Assembly: GCF_001465295.1 (NCBI RefSeq)
Contig: NZ_CP011034.1
Location: 900,001 to 932,000 of the forward strand
Direction of reading: 5' to 3'
Source of the DNA: Pseudoalteromonas translucida KMM 520
GTDB taxonomy: Bacteria > Pseudomonadota > Gammaproteobacteria > Enterobacterales > Alteromonadaceae
DNA: 32,000 bases
How positions within the stretch are numbered: position 1 is the stretch's first letter; every line of letters begins with the position of its first letter. Below the pieces are notes generated by a model. The model did no database searches. It saw only the letters and a program-made list of their open reading frames with translations, and had not been told where the DNA came from. The position numbers and the translations under genes were made by a program. Shown here piece after piece: positions 27,676 through 32,000 of this stretch.

Positions 27676-27984
27676 AATTATAAATATCACTTCATTGGGA
27701 GGTTTAGTGTAACGAAAAATCAATACCATTGAAAATAAATATACAAATACCCATCATTTTATTCATACAATAAGCCCTTTTTAAAAGATTAGGCTTAAGC
27801 GCCGTTTAATCAAATACTTGCTCTATTGCGTATGAAAAATGGACATTTAGCACTTATTTAATCGTAAACAGCATGTAAATAGTAGTTTTTCACTGACAAG
27901 AGCATTTAAATGTGGTTAAGATGCGCTAACGACGAAGTTTAAGTTAGAGTACATTATAGAGCCGCTCAGCTTAAGGAGAAAAAT

Positions 27985-28728
27985 ATGTTTAAAAAGATTT
28001 TAGCATCGGTTGGTATTGGTGCCGCCAAAGTAGACACTATTTTAGAAACAGAGCACCTCCAGCCTGGGCAATTATTTAATGCACAAATCGTTATTACAGC
28101 TGGTGATGTAAGCCAAGAAATTGCAGGGTTAGATTTACTATTAATGACGCGAGTTAAAGCATCAAATGAAGACGGTGACTATTTTACCAACCACGTTATA
28201 GAGCAGTGGCGCATTACAGATATAGGCACGGTAGAGCCAGGAGAAGTTAAAACTATTCCTTTTCAAGCACGGTTGCATTCAGAAACACCGATCACTGAAA
28301 TTAATGCAGGGTATAACCAATCTTATGTTTGGCTTGAAACAGGGCTAGACATTGATTTAGCGCTTGATCCAAGTGATAAAGACCATTTACATGTGTATCC
28401 CAACGAAGCCGTTAAAACGTGTATGCAGGCCATGGAAAAGCTAGGCTTTAGCCTAACTAAAGCAGATGTTGAAAAAGGCCACTTGCGGGCATCAACGTTT
28501 CAATCTGTGTCTGGTTGTTACCAAGAGCTAGAATACAAGCCTAACAGCCGCAGTTTATTTGGGGTGAAAGAAATTGAATTGTCATTTATTCCAGAAGCAC
28601 ACAAAACTCATGTGTTAATTGAGTTAGATAGAGCATTTAAAGGCGATGGTTATGTAGATTTAACCATAGAGCACGACCATGTTAACCTCTCGCAATTATG
28701 TGATCAGTTAGAGCGATTATTTACCTAA
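27985..28728 (+). CDS. SpoOM-family (sporulation-control-like) protein
   Basis: The N-terminus MFKKILASVGIGAAKVDTILE... is characteristic of SpoOM-family proteins. AAGGAG Shine-Dalgarno at 27973-27978. Confidence 0.75.
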   Translation: MFKKILASVGIGAAKVDTILETEHLQPGQLFNAQIVITAGDVSQEIAGLDLLLMTRVKASNEDGDYFTNHVIEQWRITDIGTVEPGEVKTIPFQARLHSETPITEINAGYNQSYVWLETGLDIDLALDPSDKDHLHVYPNEAVKTCMQAMEKLGFSLTKADVEKGHLRASTFQSVSGCYQELEYKPNSRSLFGVKEIELSFIPEAHKTHVLIELDRAFKGDGYVDLTIEHDHVNLSQLCDQLERLFT

Positions 28729-28743
28729 GGTAGGTAATCACTT

Positions 28744-28777
28744 AAAACAAACCCAGCTTATGCTGGGTTTTTGTTTT
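28744..28777 (+). terminator. Rho-independent terminator after the SpoOM-like gene
   Basis: Stem ACCCAGC (28751-28757) / GCTGGGT (28762-28768) with loop TTAT, followed by a T-rich run. Confidence 0.8.
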
Positions 28778-28895
28778 AAGCCATTTTATTATGTAGCATA
28801 GCGGTTAATTAAGCCCCTAACTGCATTACTGCTATTATGCCTAGCTCTAAGCGTATAAGTTTTTATGTCCATTAGAGCCAACTACAGGAGTTACA

Positions 28896-29345
28896 ATGGC
28901 GTTTAAATGTGAAACTTTTACTGCGCTCAATACACAAACCTTATTTACCATAATGCGTGGGCGCGTAGATGTATTTATAGTTGAGCAAATGTGCCCTTAC
29001 CCAGAACTTGATGATAATGATATAGCACCAAGTACCTTACATATTTACACTGTGAAAAATAATACGCTACAAGCTTATGCTCGATGCTACGAAAAAAACG
29101 CAAAATACAGTGCGATCGGTCGCGTGTTAGTCTCTAAAGAGGAGCGAGGCAGAGGATTGGCTCAGCAATTGGTTACTGAGGCTATTAACTGCTGTAAAAG
29201 CCAATGGCCAGAGCGTGATATTTATATTGGTGCACAAACGTATTTACTAGAGTTTTATCGCTCATTCGGATTTGAAAGTATTAATGCTGAATATTTAGAA
29301 GATGGCATTGCTCATCAAGATATGGTTTTACAACTAGTGCGTTGA
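28896..29345 (+). CDS. GNAT-family N-acetyltransferase (ElaA-like)
   Basis: RGRVDVFIVEQMCPYPELDDND and the acetyl-CoA motif RGRGLAQQL resemble ElaA. Confidence 0.8.
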   Translation: MAFKCETFTALNTQTLFTIMRGRVDVFIVEQMCPYPELDDNDIAPSTLHIYTVKNNTLQAYARCYEKNAKYSAIGRVLVSKEERGRGLAQQLVTEAINCCKSQWPERDIYIGAQTYLLEFYRSFGFESINAEYLEDGIAHQDMVLQLVR

Positions 29346-29347
29346 TC

Positions 29348-29373
29348 AAAAAAGCCCACAATGTGGGCTTTTT
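29348..29373. terminator. Bidirectional rho-independent terminator between the GNAT gene and the NSS transporter gene
   Basis: Stem GCCCAC (29354-29359) / GTGGGC (29363-29368), flanked by A6 (29348-29353) and T5 (29369-29373). Confidence 0.8.
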
Positions 29374-29396
29374 GCTGTTAAGAGTAGAGGCTAGCT

Positions 29397-30752
29397 TTAG
29401 CTTAATAATGAATGTAAAAATACCAAGCCTATAGCCAGTGGGCATACAAATTTAGTGTACCAAGGCCATACTTTCCAAAATAAGGTATTGTGTACTTCAG
29501 GGTTACCTTCTTGAATCGCTTTAAGTAATGAGCCTCTTGACCAAATCCAGCCTACGTATATACAACACATAAGGCCTAATAATGGCTGCGCGACTTTAGT
29601 GGTTAAGGTGATCACTAAGCCAAACAGTAACTCTAAGTTACACACTATCGTGATGCTCACTAGGGTGATTAATGCACCAATTACCCAAGTGGCTTGCAAG
29701 CGAGACATTGCAAAGCGTTCTACCGTATAAGATACCGGCGCTTCGAGCATTGAAATAGAGGAGGTAAGTGCTGCAATACTCATTAGCGCAAAAAACGCAA
29801 AGCCAACAAATAACCCCATACCACCCATACCATCAAAAAGTGCAGGTAATACTTGAAATACTAATGTGTCTTCAGAGAGGAGCTTTCCGGTAGTCGGTGA
29901 GAAAATCTCAATCCCTTGTGCTTGTGCTACATACATAGCAGGAATGATTAATAACCCTGCGACAAAAGCAATAAATACATCAATAAGCGTGACATAAGCA
30001 CCTAACGAAACTAAGTTCTCTTTTTTACTAATATACGAGCCATAAATAATCATTACACTGGTACCGAGTGATAATGAAAAGAATGCTTGGCCTAGTGCGC
30101 TGACTAACAAGTTAGCATCAAAAATAGACGAGAAATCAGGGACTAAATATGCCTTTAAGCCTTCAATAGCGCCATCTTGGGTCATTACATAAATAATTAA
30201 TGCAAATAAAATACTGAGCAAAGCAGGCATTAAACGTTTTGACCATTTTTCGATTCCGTTTTCAACGCCGCGACTAATGATAGCAACGGTTAGTACAATA
30301 AAAATCATAGTGAAAATGATGTTTCTACTAAGTGACTGCTCACCTAGCCAAGCAGATGCAGAGTTTGCGCCCACTAACGTTGTAATAGGTTCTACTGTTG
30401 CACTTAGCATCCAACCAGCAACGATGGCATAAAAGCTTAAAATAAAGCCAGCACATAAAATACCGCCAAAACCAACCGCAAAAGAAAAATGTTTTTGCCA
30501 AGGTTTATTTGATATTTTTCTAAGTGAAGAGACCGCATTTGCTTGGCCATGACGACCAATCATTAGCTCCGCCATTAAAGCAGGATAAGCCAAAAAAAAT
30601 GCCAGTACTAAATACGCAATTAAAAATGCGGCACCACCATTACTCGCGGTTTGTGTAGGGAAACCCCAAATGTTACCTAAACCTACAGCAGATCCTGCGG
30701 CGGCCATTATAAAACCAAAGCGAGAGCTAAACTCGCCTCTTACTGCACTCAT
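29397..30752 (-). CDS. Sodium-dependent transporter, neurotransmitter:sodium symporter (NSS/SNF) family
   Basis: SRFGFIMAAAGSAVGLGNIWGFP signature and about 12 TM helices. ATG 30752 (MSAVRGEF...) is preferred over the GTG at 30839. Confidence 0.9.
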   Translation of the reverse strand: MSAVRGEFSSRFGFIMAAAGSAVGLGNIWGFPTQTASNGGAAFLIAYLVLAFFLAYPALMAELMIGRHGQANAVSSLRKISNKPWQKHFSFAVGFGGILCAGFILSFYAIVAGWMLSATVEPITTLVGANSASAWLGEQSLSRNIIFTMIFIVLTVAIISRGVENGIEKWSKRLMPALLSILFALIIYVMTQDGAIEGLKAYLVPDFSSIFDANLLVSALGQAFFSLSLGTSVMIIYGSYISKKENLVSLGAYVTLIDVFIAFVAGLLIIPAMYVAQAQGIEIFSPTTGKLLSEDTLVFQVLPALFDGMGGMGLFVGFAFFALMSIAALTSSISMLEAPVSYTVERFAMSRLQATWVIGALITLVSITIVCNLELLFGLVITLTTKVAQPLLGLMCCIYVGWIWSRGSLLKAIQEGNPEVHNTLFWKVWPWYTKFVCPLAIGLVFLHSLLS

Positions 30753-30951
30753 ATTATTGTACTTCTCTATTTTGTGACGGCGCAGACAATCTACTGGAAA
30801 TGTAAAAAAATAAAAAGTGCTAATTTGCTGATCTTGCACAATTACTTTATTAAACTCTGTGTTATGAACATAGATTTTAGTTTAGTAACTTAAAACTAAA
30901 AATTAACAGCTTGATATTGTTTAATAATTGTTAATTTACAGTGTGTAGCCT

Positions 30952-32000
30952 TTACTTTACACTAGGGTGTTGTTGGGCTATTTTTAGGGTGAAACAAGCC
31001 CCGCCTAACTGCTTACTTTTACCTGCATAAACACGGCCGTGATGCCAATCAGCTACTTTTTCAACAATTGCTAATCCGAGGCCATAACTTTTATCAGCTC
31101 GATTACGGTGATTGTTTTCGCGGAAAAAAGGGCTAAATACTTTGCTAAAGTTTTCAGCTGCTATACCTGGGCCATCGTCCTCTACGGTAATAATAATGTG
31201 TTGCTCATTAACAGTGGCACTTACATAAATATGTTGCAGAGCAAAGTCGCAGGCATTATTAATTAAATTAGTAACGGCTCTGGCAAGCCAATGTAAGTCG
31301 GCATAAATAACATCGTTACTGCTATTAAGTTGCACACTGAGTTTGTGGGAGTCTAATTTAGGCGATAGCTGCGCTAAAATATCTTCAAAGTAGCTGCGCA
31401 TATGGGTTGCAGAGTAGGTTAAGCGATTGGCGTTTTGTTCTAGCGTGGCAAAGGCTAGGTAGCTTTTTAGCATAGACTCCATGTGGTCTAAGTCATTTTC
31501 CATACGGGTTAAATATTGCTTCACTTTTGGCATGTCATTGCTATCTATTGCGGCATCTAAACCAAATCGCAGGCAAGCTATGGGGGTGCGAATATCATGG
31601 GATAAACTCGATGCCATGAGCTTGTTTTCAGCAACCAGTTTTTCTATTTGACTCGCCATTCGGTTAAAGGTGAGTTCTACATCTTTTATATACGTAAAAT
31701 GAGAGACTTTGATACGAGTTTTAACATCACCCGATGCAAATTTTTTAGCTGCTTCATTTAACACGCTCAAGCGTTTGGCTAAGGGATAAATAATAAAGCC
31801 CATAAATACACACAGGCCAGCGTAAAATAATAAGGTTAGAATAATATCGTCGCGTTGCTCTGCTTCAAATGAGTTATCGAGGCGCATAGATAAATGATAA
31901 GGGCTTAATGCTTGGTTGCTATAAAGCATATGAAAGCCTTGTTCGCCCTCTAAAATTAATCCACCATGGGTTTGCATTTGCATAAGTAAGGCTGGGCTAA
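30952..32000 (-). CDS. Sensor histidine kinase (HAMP-HisKA-HATPase), probably 5'-truncated by the window edge
   Basis: TM helix, HAMP, H-box SHDIRTPIACL, N-box NLINNACDFA, and G-boxes DDGPGI and SYGLGLAIV. The reading frame stays open from ATG 31983 to position 32000, and only one TM helix is seen. The first TM helix and the sensor domain therefore probably lie beyond the window. Confidence 0.85.
   Translation of the reverse strand, partial: SPALLMQMQTHGGLILEGEQGFHMLYSNQALSPYHLSMRLDNSFEAEQRDDIILTLLFYAGLCVFMGFIIYPLAKRLSVLNEAAKKFASGDVKTRIKVSHFTYIKDVELTFNRMASQIEKLVAENKLMASSLSHDIRTPIACLRFGLDAAIDSNDMPKVKQYLTRMENDLDHMESMLKSYLAFATLEQNANRLTYSATHMRSYFEDILAQLSPKLDSHKLSVQLNSSNDVIYADLHWLARAVTNLINNACDFALQHIYVSATVNEQHIIITVEDDGPGIAAENFSKVFSPFFRENNHRNRADKSYGLGLAIVEKVADWHHGRVYAGKSKQLGGACFTLKIAQQHPSVK

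Noticed and set aside
1-32000. Search for CRISPR arrays, IS elements or transposases, integrases, prophage genes, tRNA/rRNA genes, or long direct or tandem repeats.
   Set aside because: None was seen by eye on either strand. The only recurrent elements are unrelated GC-rich terminator hairpins flanked by A/T runs. A computational repeat or tRNA scan would be needed to exclude short or degenerate elements.

Overview
This window reads as ordinary core chromosome from an AT-rich marine gammaproteobacterium. Gene content and order suggest Alteromonadales, possibly Pseudoalteromonas, but that is an inference, not a search result. Genes are tightly packed, and most convergent pairs are separated by clean rho-independent hairpins. 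Recognisable content: cytochrome c maturation tail (ccmG-ccmH-ccmI), mlaA, an EAL-HDOD protein, putP, SOS gene yebG with a canonical LexA box, comEA, dsbB, fadR, a 2-Cys peroxiredoxin and a TonB-dependent receptor. It continues with the conserved smpB / ratA-rnfH / bamE cluster, a GIY-YIG protein, a TPR lipoprotein plus M28 peptidase pair, a chemoreceptor and divergent ilvC / ilvY. The rest is a mipA-DUF3019-response regulator-histidine kinase module, DUF3820, a CPA2/RCK antiporter, Spo0M-like and ElaA-like genes, an NSS transporter and a second histidine kinase that runs off the 3' edge. I found no rRNA, tRNA, tmRNA, CRISPR array, transposase, integrase or recognisable defence island, and I cannot support a claim of a novel multi-gene system here. 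The observations most worth follow-up are: (1) an in-frame TAA at codon 15 of an otherwise intact RstA-like response regulator; (2) an M28 peptidase whose signal peptide is only encoded if translation starts at an ATT overlapping the upstream stop; (3) a small membrane ORF coupled to dsbB by a TAATG overlap; and (4) several candidate operator motifs (LexA, FadR-like, OxyR-like, phased TTGT repeats). All family calls come from motif recognition by eye and need a database search to confirm.
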